Shown here piece after piece: positions 38,580 to 47,953 of a stretch of DNA of 64,000 bases. Location: assembly GCA_965216875.1 (NCBI GenBank), contig OZ244207.1, positions 6,304,001 through 6,368,000 on the forward strand, given 5' to 3'. The notes under the pieces were generated by a model, which saw only the letters and a list, made by a program, of their open reading frames with translations, was not told the origin of the DNA and ran no database searches. Position numbers and translations under genes: made by a program. How positions within the stretch are numbered: the stretch's first letter is position 1; each line of letters begins with the position of its first letter. Source of the stretch: Rubripirellula sp. (GTDB lineage: Bacteria > Planctomycetota > Planctomycetia > Pirellulales > Pirellulaceae).

Positions 38580-40085
38580 CTAGGCAGCTTGCGAAGCTTC
38601 GTGTTCTTCCGGAACAACCGTTCTGATGGCTCGGATCCCAAGGCCTCGGCCCAGGATGATTGCCAGTGGAGCGGCAGCGAAGCTTAGCAACGCTCCCATT
38701 TTTACCGAATCTTGGATGGCGCCGGGAACCGTAAAGGCGGCAACCGAGACGAATAGGGCGACCGTGAAGCCAATTCCAGCCACCATCCCAAGGGTGACCA
38801 CGTGTCGGTAATCCATTCCAGCCGGTTTCTCGAGCTTGAGTCCCTTTTCGGCAAAGAACGTCAAAACGGTGATTCCAAGCGGTTTACCGATCAGCAAACC
38901 TGCCAGAACCAACCAGGTTCCCGTACCGAGACTGCTGAGCACCACGCCAGCATTGGCGAGGCCAAAGAAGCCTAAGAAAAATTCAACCGGTGTCTTCCAA
39001 AAGTGCTCGAACTCACTGAGCGTGTCCTCACGATGCAATTCTTCCTTGGCGAATAGCCCCAAGTCCGTGTGAGCGTGTGGCAGCAGCGGGATGATCGGAA
39101 CCAATCCAAGTGCTGGGTGAATGTGAGCCTGGTAGAAGCTGAACCAACACAGCGCTCCTGGCCCAAGGATGTAAGCCCAGTGGCTTTGTACCTTCATGCG
39201 TCGCAGGACCAATGCACCGAGCATCGATGCGACGGTCAGCAGTAGCCATTGCGGTACGATCGGAGCTTGTGGGTAGAAAATCGCCAGGATCATCAATCCG
39301 GCGGCATCATCGGCGATGGCGAGCAACAACAGGAATGCGATCGCTGGATGGCCCGCACCAAAGATGAATCTCGCGACGAGGTAACTAAAGGCAATATCGG
39401 TAGCGCACGGAATTGCCCAACCGCTACCTAGGTCCTCGTTCGTCCCCGTTGCATAACACCCGCCGATGTAGACCAACGCGGGACCAAGGATTCCGCCAAC
39501 GGTTGCAAGCAGTGGTGTGGCCGCTTTTCGTGGATTGGAAAGGGCACCACCGGGCAACAACGATTCCCAGACTTCCTTGGCTGCAATCGCAAAGAACAAC
39601 GCCATCAAAATGTCGTTGATGATGAAGTGGATCGTCAGACCATGGTGGCCGCCGTGGCCATCACCATGCCCATCATCGGCTGCGTGAGCCGTTGCGGCGT
39701 GTTCTTGGTCGCCTTCATGAGCGTGATCGCCGGCGTGTTCTTCATCGCCGTGGTCGGTTTCGGCGGTCGCAACGCTTTGGTCTGCATTGTCGCCATCAGC
39801 AGAGTGTGCGTCGTCGCTGTGCGCGTCGTCGCTGTGTTCGTCCGCGTCAGAATGATCATCATGAGATGTCGATTCGTCGTGGCTCGACCAAAGCGAGGTG
39901 ACGTCAAAGTTGACGAATTTGGTGTAGCTGGTCTCGACGACCTCACCCTTTTCCGCAGCGCCATCGGTCTCTGCTTGATAGGCAACGTTCGCCCAAATCA
40001 AAGCGCCGACAGCCCCTGCGATCAGCAGGAAAGAGTTGTCAATCAGCGTGCGGACGATACCGCCTTTATGGTTGTGGCCAGACAT
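38580..40085 (-). CDS. nhaA: Na+/H+ antiporter NhaA with His/Asp-rich insertion
   Basis: INDILMALFF, WAIPCATDIAF, LAIADD, GKPLGI, GIGFTVALF. Confidence 0.92.
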   Translation of the reverse strand: MSGHNHKGGIVRTLIDNSFLLIAGAVGALIWANVAYQAETDGAAEKGEVVETSYTKFVNFDVTSLWSSHDESTSHDDHSDADEHSDDAHSDDAHSADGDNADQSVATAETDHGDEEHAGDHAHEGDQEHAATAHAADDGHGDGHGGHHGLTIHFIINDILMALFFAIAAKEVWESLLPGGALSNPRKAATPLLATVGGILGPALVYIGGCYATGTNEDLGSGWAIPCATDIAFSYLVARFIFGAGHPAIAFLLLLAIADDAAGLMILAIFYPQAPIVPQWLLLTVASMLGALVLRRMKVQSHWAYILGPGALCWFSFYQAHIHPALGLVPIIPLLPHAHTDLGLFAKEELHREDTLSEFEHFWKTPVEFFLGFFGLANAGVVLSSLGTGTWLVLAGLLIGKPLGITVLTFFAEKGLKLEKPAGMDYRHVVTLGMVAGIGFTVALFVSVAAFTVPGAIQDSVKMGALLSFAAAPLAIILGRGLGIRAIRTVVPEEHEASQAA

Positions 40086-40382
40086 TTTCCCGTGCGAAGC
40101 CCCCAAAATTACGATGAATCTTGCCGTTGCGACGCGCGTACGTTGTCCCGGCGCCCCGGAATATAGTTGCTTACGGTCAAACTGATGAGGGCACTTTTAC
40201 GGTAACCCCCATTGGGAAGGTGTCACTTTCGACCGGGTTGTAGGGGATGTTCCGAAGCCGGCTGATTGAGCGGCTATGACGGCAGCATCATCGCCCGATT
40301 AGTGGAGACTAATTCACCCATGAATCGGATGGATCACACCTACATCGATACAGGCGACTTCAAGAAAAAGTTGCTGGGCAGC

Positions 40383-41627
40383 TCATTGAGCCTTCTTGAG
40401 CATCCCGACAAACTTGCCCGGCGCATCGGTTTGCCGTACCGCAATGGGCAGTTTCCGCTTCTGGTCGAACATGATGTAGCGGACTCGCGAGGGAGTGTTG
40501 ATGTCAATGGCTTTGAGCGATCGCCGGTCGAGTAGCAAAGAGAGCTGCTCGGCGTCGACCTGGCGATATCCCAAATTCAACATCAACCTTTCCGCGTCGG
40601 ACCAACCGAGTGCGCGACGATTGCTATCGGCATTGGCAGGCGGCCACGGGAGGTGGCGGGTCCCGATCGGCGAGTTGAGTGAAAGGACGACCGCCCCCGA
40701 TTCGATTTGGTCGTCCCACCAGGTGAGCAACTCACTGATGTCGTGGTCGGCTCGCACAGGTTGGAATCCCCAAAGCCGTTCGCACAGTGGGTTCCACACC
40801 ACCGAAAAGTCGGAGCCGGCCAAGAAGGGCAAGATCGCTTCACACCAAGGTCGGCGCGTCTGAGGATGCTGCTCCAAAACAAGTAGTCGCCGGGTGTCGA
40901 CTGCGTCACTCAATGCAAACCGCATGCGGACGTCGGCAACGTAGACGTCGTCAAAGTCTCGAGACAGCCCGTCCAGTCGAGTCAACGTCTGCTGCACGAT
41001 CGAAGCACCAGCGTCGGTGTCTTCTTTGAGGGGTTTTGTGCCGAGCGTTTCGACTGTGGTGTCAAATTCGGCGTGCCACATTCGGGACAGTCGCTCGCGG
41101 CTTCGCTGGGCCAACGCTGCGATCATGGTCGGTCCGTCTTGCCGTTGATTGGCTTCAACCGTCAGTACCTCTTCGGCATCCTCGATCAAAGTCAAGAGTG
41201 CGTCGGTATCAGGCACACCGACACAAAACGCGAGCAACCGATAGTTACCGTCGCAGACAGCAACCACACAACGACTTGGCATCGTCGATGCTTGCCCGCC
41301 GGTCAGGTTCGCAGGCATGCCTACAGGCAACGGTTGAAGTCGGACTCGATCGCGAAGGTCAGGTCGCTCAAGTCGCGCCCGACGGACTGCCCTTCCAAGC
41401 AGACCGGAACACCAGAGTTGCTTGGCAAGTTTGTTTGGATCTTCTTCGGTCGCAAGGAACGGGTCGTCGTTTGTGATCAAGACAAGAACGAACTCGTTCT
41501 TTTGACTTGCCGAAATCGAAGAAAACGCCTTCGACCAGACAATCGCATCCGGGTCGTCCTCTGCGTCTTGCCCAAATGAAAGTGTGAATGCCAAAAGCGA
41601 TGCGGCAACCGCCAACGAAGCGCGCAT
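40383..41627 (-). CDS. Secreted hypothetical protein
   Basis: Signal peptide; 414-aa ORF; no family recognised. Confidence 0.7.
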   Translation of the reverse strand: MRASLAVAASLLAFTLSFGQDAEDDPDAIVWSKAFSSISASQKNEFVLVLITNDDPFLATEEDPNKLAKQLWCSGLLGRAVRRARLERPDLRDRVRLQPLPVGMPANLTGGQASTMPSRCVVAVCDGNYRLLAFCVGVPDTDALLTLIEDAEEVLTVEANQRQDGPTMIAALAQRSRERLSRMWHAEFDTTVETLGTKPLKEDTDAGASIVQQTLTRLDGLSRDFDDVYVADVRMRFALSDAVDTRRLLVLEQHPQTRRPWCEAILPFLAGSDFSVVWNPLCERLWGFQPVRADHDISELLTWWDDQIESGAVVLSLNSPIGTRHLPWPPANADSNRRALGWSDAERLMLNLGYRQVDAEQLSLLLDRRSLKAIDINTPSRVRYIMFDQKRKLPIAVRQTDAPGKFVGMLKKAQ

Positions 41628-41722
41628 AGAAAACCCCTACCGAGCGATTGAAAAGAAGCAGTTAGATTCCCGGCATCCCACAAACGGATCTTAACCGCCC
41701 CCCACAGGGCGAGTCAAATTTA

Positions 41723-42240
41723 CCGTAGTGGACGAGGCTACGAGTCCCTCCGCATGACATTCTGCTGACCATCGTTGCCCAAAGAGACTGGCCACGAAAA
41801 ACACAAGAATCCACAAAAAGCCACGTATGAGAATTCGTTAGTGAAAGATGAAACTCATCACGCGAGTAATTTCGAGCACTCGCCACGTTCACCGTTTTCT
41901 TCTTTTCGTGCCTTCTCGTGCTTTTTGTGGCTACCCCACCAAGCGCACCCGTAGTGGACGAGGCCACGAGTCCCTCCGCATGACATTCTGCTGACCATCG
42001 TTGCCCAAAGAGACTGGCCACGAAAAACACAAGAATCCACAAAAAGGCACGTGTGAGAATTCGATTGTGAAAGATGAAACTCATCACGCGAGTAATTTTG
42101 AGCACACGCCACGTTCGCCGTTTTCTTCTTTTAGTGCCTTCTCGTGTTTTTTGTGGCTACCCACCAAGCGCACCCGTAGTGGACGAGGCTACGAGTCCTT
42201 CACATCTGAGATCGAAGGACTCGTGGCCTCATCCACTACG
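41723..42240. repeat. Tandem 226/225-bp composite repeat cassette ending in a REP doublet (family F)
   Basis: ccGTAGtggacgaggcYacgagtcc at 41723, 41949 and 42174, inverted copy ending at 42240; two near-identical units, each with an internal inverted repeat. Confidence 0.92.
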
Positions 42241-43714
42241 AGGTTTGGATTAACGAGTCGGCGGCTCGATGGGCGACCGTCATCACGGTTGCGTTTGGGT
42301 TGCCGGTCGTTACCGAAGGAAGCACGGAGGCATCAGCAACAAAAAGCCTTTCGACGCCGCGGACCGCAAAGTTTGGGTCGACCACGCATTCGGAATCCGT
42401 TCCCATCGCGCAGGTGCTTGTGGGGTGATAGAGCGTCAACGCGTATCTCGCCACTGCTTTGGCAATGGCTTCTGGTGAAGATCGCTTTATCCCGGGCAAC
42501 AACTCTTTGCCGACCCAACGGGCAAGAGGATTTCTTTTGACGAGCGATCGGCACGTTTCGATGGCATCAACAAGCGTCGATAGATCGGATGGATGTTCGA
42601 GGTAATTGGGTTCGATCAATGGCGCGGCATCGACCTTGCTGGAGACAAACCGTAGCGATCCCCTCGACTCTGGATGGCAAACACTGACCGCGACCGTCAT
42701 CGCAGCCGGTGCATGATCGCTGGGATGAAGCAAATAGTGAGTTGGCGTGACGTGAATCTGGCATGCCTTCTGGCCTTCACCTAAAACGCCACCGCATTCG
42801 GCCAGGTTCGATGTGAGCGGGCCGGTGCCGGCGAAATGCCAACGGGCAAGATCTTGCATCGGGTGGGTCGTTGGAAATCGGTGGCACGTTTCCAGCGAGA
42901 AGATGATGGGCATCACCAAGTGATCTTGTAGGTTCGCTCCGACTCGAGGGGAATCATAGGTCGTCGGAATCGTGTGTTGGGCCAGGACATCAGCCGGACC
43001 GATACCGCTTCGCATCAGGATCATGGGTGTGGCGATGCTACCCGCGCAAAGCACAACGCCCTTCCCTGCTTTGATCTCTCTGCCGTCGTCCATCATGACT
43101 CCACTCGCGCGCTCCGCGTGAAAGACGACACGGTCAACGGCACCGCCGGCGATCGATACCCGAGATTCGCCATCAAGGAGTGACGCGGGACTCCATCGAA
43201 TGCCGTTGCGATTGAGTCGTTGATAGGGACCGAAATCGTTACCGTTGCCTTGCGCCGCTCGAACAAATCGCCGGGATGCTTCCGAAACCCAACGAGGTGC
43301 CTCGGGCTTCGCGAGCGATTCAACTTGACGATAGGTCGTCATCCAGTCGGTGACTGGGACGCGTTCCCCGGTCGCTTGCTCGAGCATTTCGAAGTCCCGG
43401 CTGGTGGGCGGGAACCAGATCATTGCGTTGATCCGACTGCTGCCACCCACGCCCTTGCCCCGCGGCCAATCGATCTGGCGACGGGCAAGTTGGCGGCAAG
43501 GTTCGGTTTTGTAGCCCCAGTCGTCGGTCGAACCGAGCAGACGAATCCAATCGGCTGGTCGAGCGATCGATTGGGTTTTGGAGCCTGCTTCACCGGGCTC
43601 GAGCAAGGTCACGCGCAAGCCGCTTTGGGCGATTTTATGAGCAATCACGCATCCGGCCGAACCTGCACCGACAACAATGACGTCACACTCAATCGTGTGT
43701 TGGACTCTGGTCAT
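42236..43714 (-). CDS. GMC family FAD oxidoreductase (choline/alcohol dehydrogenase-like)
   Basis: VGAGSAG, PRGKGVGGSSRIN, RSGIG, VGANLQDH, YHPTSTCAMG, DASV..GNPN. Confidence 0.92.
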   Translation of the reverse strand: MTRVQHTIECDVIVVGAGSAGCVIAHKIAQSGLRVTLLEPGEAGSKTQSIARPADWIRLLGSTDDWGYKTEPCRQLARRQIDWPRGKGVGGSSRINAMIWFPPTSRDFEMLEQATGERVPVTDWMTTYRQVESLAKPEAPRWVSEASRRFVRAAQGNGNDFGPYQRLNRNGIRWSPASLLDGESRVSIAGGAVDRVVFHAERASGVMMDDGREIKAGKGVVLCAGSIATPMILMRSGIGPADVLAQHTIPTTYDSPRVGANLQDHLVMPIIFSLETCHRFPTTHPMQDLARWHFAGTGPLTSNLAECGGVLGEGQKACQIHVTPTHYLLHPSDHAPAAMTVAVSVCHPESRGSLRFVSSKVDAAPLIEPNYLEHPSDLSTLVDAIETCRSLVKRNPLARWVGKELLPGIKRSSPEAIAKAVARYALTLYHPTSTCAMGTDSECVVDPNFAVRGVERLFVADASVLPSVTTGNPNATVMTVAHRAADSLIQTS

Positions 43715-43860
43715 CGCACAAATCCCTGCAAAAATATCGGTCCCTGCAATAATTGGGGACAATAGTCGATCGGGCGATTAATGTTTACGATTTCGCCTGC
43801 ACGCAACAGGTCTCCATCCCGTTTCCACGTCATGCTGGTCACCAGCAAAGCTACAAATCC

Positions 43861-45078
43861 ATGTCTGCCTCGGCCCAAACCTCATCGCGTTTCGCAAACC
43901 TTCAAGTCGCACCCCCAGACGCCATTTTGGGGCTAACCGAAGCGTTCGTCGCCGATTCCAACCCCAACAAGATGAATTTGAGCGTCGGCGTCTACAAAGA
44001 TGCCTCGGGCCAAACACCGGTCCTGCGATGCGTCAAAGAGGCCGAGAAGAAGCTGATTGAAACGGAGGCCACCAAGGGTTACCTGCCGATCGATGGCTAC
44101 GCCGACTATCGCAACCACGTTCGCCAATTGATTTTTGCCGACAAAGTGGATGCCGAACGTATCTCGGTTCTGCAGACGCCGGGTGGAACGGGAGCGCTTC
44201 GCGTCGCGTCCGATTTCATGGTGTCGCAGTTGCCCAAAATTCGTATTTGGATGCCGACACCAACTTGGGCCAATCACAAAGCGATCTTCGAGGCGGCTGG
44301 ATTGCCTAGCGACGGTTATCGCTACTTGGGCGCCGATCGGACGTCGTTCGACATTGATGGCATGCTCGAAGATTTGCAATCCAAGACCACTCCCGGCGAC
44401 GCCGTGTTATTGCACGCGTGCTGTCACAATCCGACCGGTGTCGACCCAACCGAAGAGCAATGGAAGCAGATCGCGGACGTCTTGCGTGAAAAGCAACTCT
44501 TGCCACTTGTCGACTTTGCCTACCAAGGCTTTGGAAGCGGGCTCGAAGAAGATTCGACCGGACTGCATACCGTCCTTTCGGCAGTGGATGAAGCGATCGT
44601 TTGTAGTTCGTTTTCGAAGAACTTCGGTCTTTACAGCGAACGTGTTGGCGCGGTGTCACTGGTCGCTGGCGATGCGTCGGCTGCGAAAGCGGCGCAAAGC
44701 CAACTGAAAAAGGTTGTGCGTTCCAACTACTCCAATCCGCCACGACATGGTGGCGCTGTGGTGGCGACCGTTTTGGATGACGCCGAGCTGACGCAGCTTT
44801 GGAAAGAAGAATTGACCGAGATGCGTGAGCGGATCACACGTTTGCGAACTTCATTCGTCGAAACGATGAAGACGACCGGTGCAGGTCACGACTTCTCGTT
44901 CTTGCTGCCGCAAAACGGAATGTTCTCGTTCTCAGGTTTGACGCCAATGCAAGTCGACCAGCTCAAGAGCGAGTACAGCATCTACATCGTCGGCAGCGGA
45001 CGCATCAACGTCGCGGGCATGAGCGAAGACCGAATGGACTGGTTCTGCGAAGCCGTCGCCAACGTGCTCGAGTCGTAA
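43861..45078 (+). CDS. aspC: Aspartate/aromatic amino acid aminotransferase (AspC/TyrB type)
   Basis: PDAILG, GVYKD, QTPGGTGAL, HACCHNPTG, DFAYQGF, SFSKNFGLY.ERVG, GRIN. Confidence 0.93.
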   Translation: MSASAQTSSRFANLQVAPPDAILGLTEAFVADSNPNKMNLSVGVYKDASGQTPVLRCVKEAEKKLIETEATKGYLPIDGYADYRNHVRQLIFADKVDAERISVLQTPGGTGALRVASDFMVSQLPKIRIWMPTPTWANHKAIFEAAGLPSDGYRYLGADRTSFDIDGMLEDLQSKTTPGDAVLLHACCHNPTGVDPTEEQWKQIADVLREKQLLPLVDFAYQGFGSGLEEDSTGLHTVLSAVDEAIVCSSFSKNFGLYSERVGAVSLVAGDASAAKAAQSQLKKVVRSNYSNPPRHGGAVVATVLDDAELTQLWKEELTEMRERITRLRTSFVETMKTTGAGHDFSFLLPQNGMFSFSGLTPMQVDQLKSEYSIYIVGSGRINVAGMSEDRMDWFCEAVANVLES

Positions 45079-45115
45079 GCCAGACAAACGTCTCTTGTTC
45101 TCACGGGGAGAGGCA

Positions 45116-45287
45116 GTTCGTAGTCCCGAGCTTTAGCCGGAATCTTCTGGCATCGGGCCTGCAAAACATCGGCCGCAACGCGATAGCATAGGGCCTTACG
45201 GACGACTAAGCGTATGCGCCTGTCATGCGGAGCATGACCTACGAAGAGAACGCAGAGCGGCGTTCCCACGGGGACCGTGGGAACGAG
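45116..45287. repeat. REP mosaic: A half, E copy and a gttcccacg/cgtgggaac palindrome
   Basis: gttcGTAGtcccgagctttagccggaa; gtcatgcggagcatgacctacg; cgttcccacggggaccgtgggaacg; between convergent genes. Confidence 0.82.
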
Positions 45288-45303
45288 GAGTGAGGCCTAA
45301 GGT

Positions 45304-46539
45304 TCAGCCAAACAGCTCGATCGGTTTGTAATCGCCGATCATCTCATGAGCGTTGGGGCAACGCAGCCAGTCCTGAAGCACGGCGGCATAGACCTGGCGA
45401 AAGTCGGTGTGATACTTCAAATCGCCATCAGCCAAGTCGGTTAGGCTTGGATGTTTGCCAATCAGCCCGGGCTTGATCTTCGTTCCGGCCAAAAGGATCG
45501 GACCGGCTGTGCCATGATCGGTGCCATCACTTGCGTTTTCAGCAACGCGGCGGCCAAACTCGCTGAAGCACATCGTTAGCACGCGTTCGGCCTGGCCGAT
45601 CGCGACCATGTCGTCGACGAATGTAGCGACCGCATCACTCACTTGCCGCAACAGCCCGGCATGAGCATCCGGCTGGTTGGCATGTGTGTCAAAACCATCG
45701 ATCCGCAAGTAGAAGACTTTGGTCTGCAAGCCGGAGGCAATCAGTTTGGCGACCGTTTGAAACTTTTTGCCAAGTGGCGTTTGCGGGTAAGGACGACTCG
45801 GTTTGTAGGCGGCGCCGGCCGATTCCATTCGTCGACTGGCGCGGATCGCCGATGCTGTGCTCGTTTGTACAAAGCCAAGCAAGTCGTTGCCCTCTTCGCG
45901 TGTTTGTCCACTCAGATCGCTGATCGCGTCGACAAACTCGGGTCGACCGCTGCCGTCGAGCCGAAACTGCTCGAGCGATTGGATCGAAGGCACGCGCACG
46001 TCGCGTGACATCAACGCAAACGGCTGTTTGTCGTTGCCGAGGTGAAGTCCCGTGGGGTCTTGTGACAATCCGATCGATTGGAGGTAACGACCGATCCAAC
46101 CGTCGGTTCGAGTTTCGTTCTTGCGCTGGCAGGTGTGCCAGATGTCCATCGAATCAAAGTGCGACCGATTCGGTTTGTCGTAACCGACACCCTGGACGAT
46201 TGCGAAACGTCCCTGTTCCAACAAGTCGGACATGCCACGCATGGCTGGGTGCAAGCCGATCTCGTCGGTGACCGACCGTGTGTCTTTGGCGTTGATCGCA
46301 AGCTTGGGTCGGGAACTGCGATAGGCCGGATCTTTGGCCGGGACGACGCAGTTGAGCCCGTCGTTGCCGCCCGCCATTTCGACGACAACAAGGATGCGTT
46401 GCTCGTCGGCGGCATCGGCTGCGGCATGGCACATCAGCGCCGGCGCTAACGAGGAACCGATCGCCACGACCGCCGATCCCGCTACGGTTTGCGACAAAAA
46501 TTCTCGTCGGGTTGCCGACGATCGCTGCAACTGCGTCAT
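45304..46539 (-). CDS. DUF1501 family Tat-exported protein
   Basis: TRREFL Tat signal; GGNDGLN, NRSHF, GFDTH, SEFGR, GTDHG, DFRQVY. Confidence 0.92.
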   Translation of the reverse strand: MTQLQRSSATRREFLSQTVAGSAVVAIGSSLAPALMCHAAADAADEQRILVVVEMAGGNDGLNCVVPAKDPAYRSSRPKLAINAKDTRSVTDEIGLHPAMRGMSDLLEQGRFAIVQGVGYDKPNRSHFDSMDIWHTCQRKNETRTDGWIGRYLQSIGLSQDPTGLHLGNDKQPFALMSRDVRVPSIQSLEQFRLDGSGRPEFVDAISDLSGQTREEGNDLLGFVQTSTASAIRASRRMESAGAAYKPSRPYPQTPLGKKFQTVAKLIASGLQTKVFYLRIDGFDTHANQPDAHAGLLRQVSDAVATFVDDMVAIGQAERVLTMCFSEFGRRVAENASDGTDHGTAGPILLAGTKIKPGLIGKHPSLTDLADGDLKYHTDFRQVYAAVLQDWLRCPNAHEMIGDYKPIELFG

Positions 46540-46559
46540 CTCAAGTCTCCGATCTCGCG

Positions 46560-47924
46560 TTAGGCCAGTTGGAATTCCGGTAGCGTGCAAATGGCGTGCA
46601 CCGCCTCTTTGACTCGCTCTTCACTCGAGGTTGCCCCGTGGTCATAGAGGTCGCGAATTCGCTCGCGGGCATGTCCCGGGATGTCGACCGCGAAGAGTGT
46701 TTGCTGGAAGTGCTCGATCAAGTCGCCGGCCGATTGGACGTTCTGTTTGCGAAGGTAGTCGACCAGTCGTTTGCGCCCGAAGCGGGTCTTGTCGCTGTCG
46801 ATCAACGTTCGAATCAGGTTGGATCGTCCAAGCAGTGTCGATGAATTGATCCAGGTGCGTCCGCCATCCCAGCCTTTGACACTGGGCGGAAAGAACAATC
46901 CCTGTCCCAAACGCTCAAAGGCATCCGCGAGTTGGAACATGTCGGTCGAGCCGTCGAGCGCGACTAAGAATCCGGCACCCAGCTCCACGGGCGAACGCAC
47001 TTTTCGGCCACGCGTGAAGGCCGAGAACATTAGGTTGCTGCCGAGGATGCGCTTGACGGTGGGGCCGATCTGCATGCCATCGCCGCGCATTTGCTGGGCC
47101 AACGGTTCGATCAGTTGCTCGCTTCCTTCGGGTTCGTCCGCAAGGAAGTAGCGAACCAGTTTCTTGGCAAGGAATCGAGGAGCTGAATCTTGAGCGGCGA
47201 CAATTCGGACACCCTCCTCGCCACCAAAAGCGCCGGTTTCACCAAGTACCTTTTTGGTCCCCGTGTCATGCTGGTAGCGATTGAATCGAAACTTCTTTCG
47301 TTTGATTTCCCAGCCGGTGAAACAGCGAGCGAGTTCACGAATGTCGGCTTCGCTGTATTGGCCTTCACCGAGCGCGAACAGCTCCATGATCTCGCGAGCG
47401 TAGTTTTCGTTTGGGTGTGCTTTGCGATTGGTTGCCGAATCCAAATAGATCAACATCGCCGGATCACGCGACACTTCGAGCAGTAGTTCATGGAAGTCGC
47501 CCATCGCAAATCGCCTAAGCAAGTCGTTTTGGGCAAGCATCAACTCGGCGTCTTCGACTTTGGCGGCACTGGTAGCGAAGTGGCCGTGCCAAAACAGCGT
47601 CATCTTCTCAAGCAGTGGCGCCGGCGTGTTGATGATGCGGTAGGCCCACTGCGCCGCAAGTTGTTTGACGTTGCCAGTGCCGAGAGTGGCCTGAGTCAGG
47701 TCGGTCATTTCCTGCTGGAAGGAGTCAGGTTCGACGGCGTCAACCAACCGCTGCACCACCTCGGACGGCGTCTGTGTAGCGGCAACTTCAAGCTGCTCGC
47801 GCGAGGCCGCAAACCCGGCTCGGCGAAACAAGTGCGCTGCGGCTCGCACATCCCAGGGAGATTCGTCCGAAGGCTCGTAGGCTTGCCAGGCCCAGGCCGG
47901 ATCGATCATTGACCAGTCCATCAT
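46560..47924 (-). CDS. DUF1800 family protein
   Basis: AAHLFRRAGF, EKMTLFWHGHF, PAMLIYLD, NENYAREIMELF.LG, PPSVKGW, PEFQ. Confidence 0.93.
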   Translation of the reverse strand: MMDWSMIDPAWAWQAYEPSDESPWDVRAAAHLFRRAGFAASREQLEVAATQTPSEVVQRLVDAVEPDSFQQEMTDLTQATLGTGNVKQLAAQWAYRIINTPAPLLEKMTLFWHGHFATSAAKVEDAELMLAQNDLLRRFAMGDFHELLLEVSRDPAMLIYLDSATNRKAHPNENYAREIMELFALGEGQYSEADIRELARCFTGWEIKRKKFRFNRYQHDTGTKKVLGETGAFGGEEGVRIVAAQDSAPRFLAKKLVRYFLADEPEGSEQLIEPLAQQMRGDGMQIGPTVKRILGSNLMFSAFTRGRKVRSPVELGAGFLVALDGSTDMFQLADAFERLGQGLFFPPSVKGWDGGRTWINSSTLLGRSNLIRTLIDSDKTRFGRKRLVDYLRKQNVQSAGDLIEHFQQTLFAVDIPGHARERIRDLYDHGATSSEERVKEAVHAICTLPEFQLA

Positions 47925-47953
47925 CTCGGCTCCTTAAACAACGGGGCAAGCAT

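Noticed and set aside
41723..42240. Possible CRISPR array (25-bp motif recurring at regular spacing)
   Set aside because: The intervening sequences are about 200 bp and near-identical rather than unique, the last copy is inverted, and no cas genes are present.
41662..42540. ORFs 41662-42105, 41858-42112 and 42001-42540
   Set aside because: They are translations of the repeat cassette or antisense to the GMC gene, with no protein-like features.
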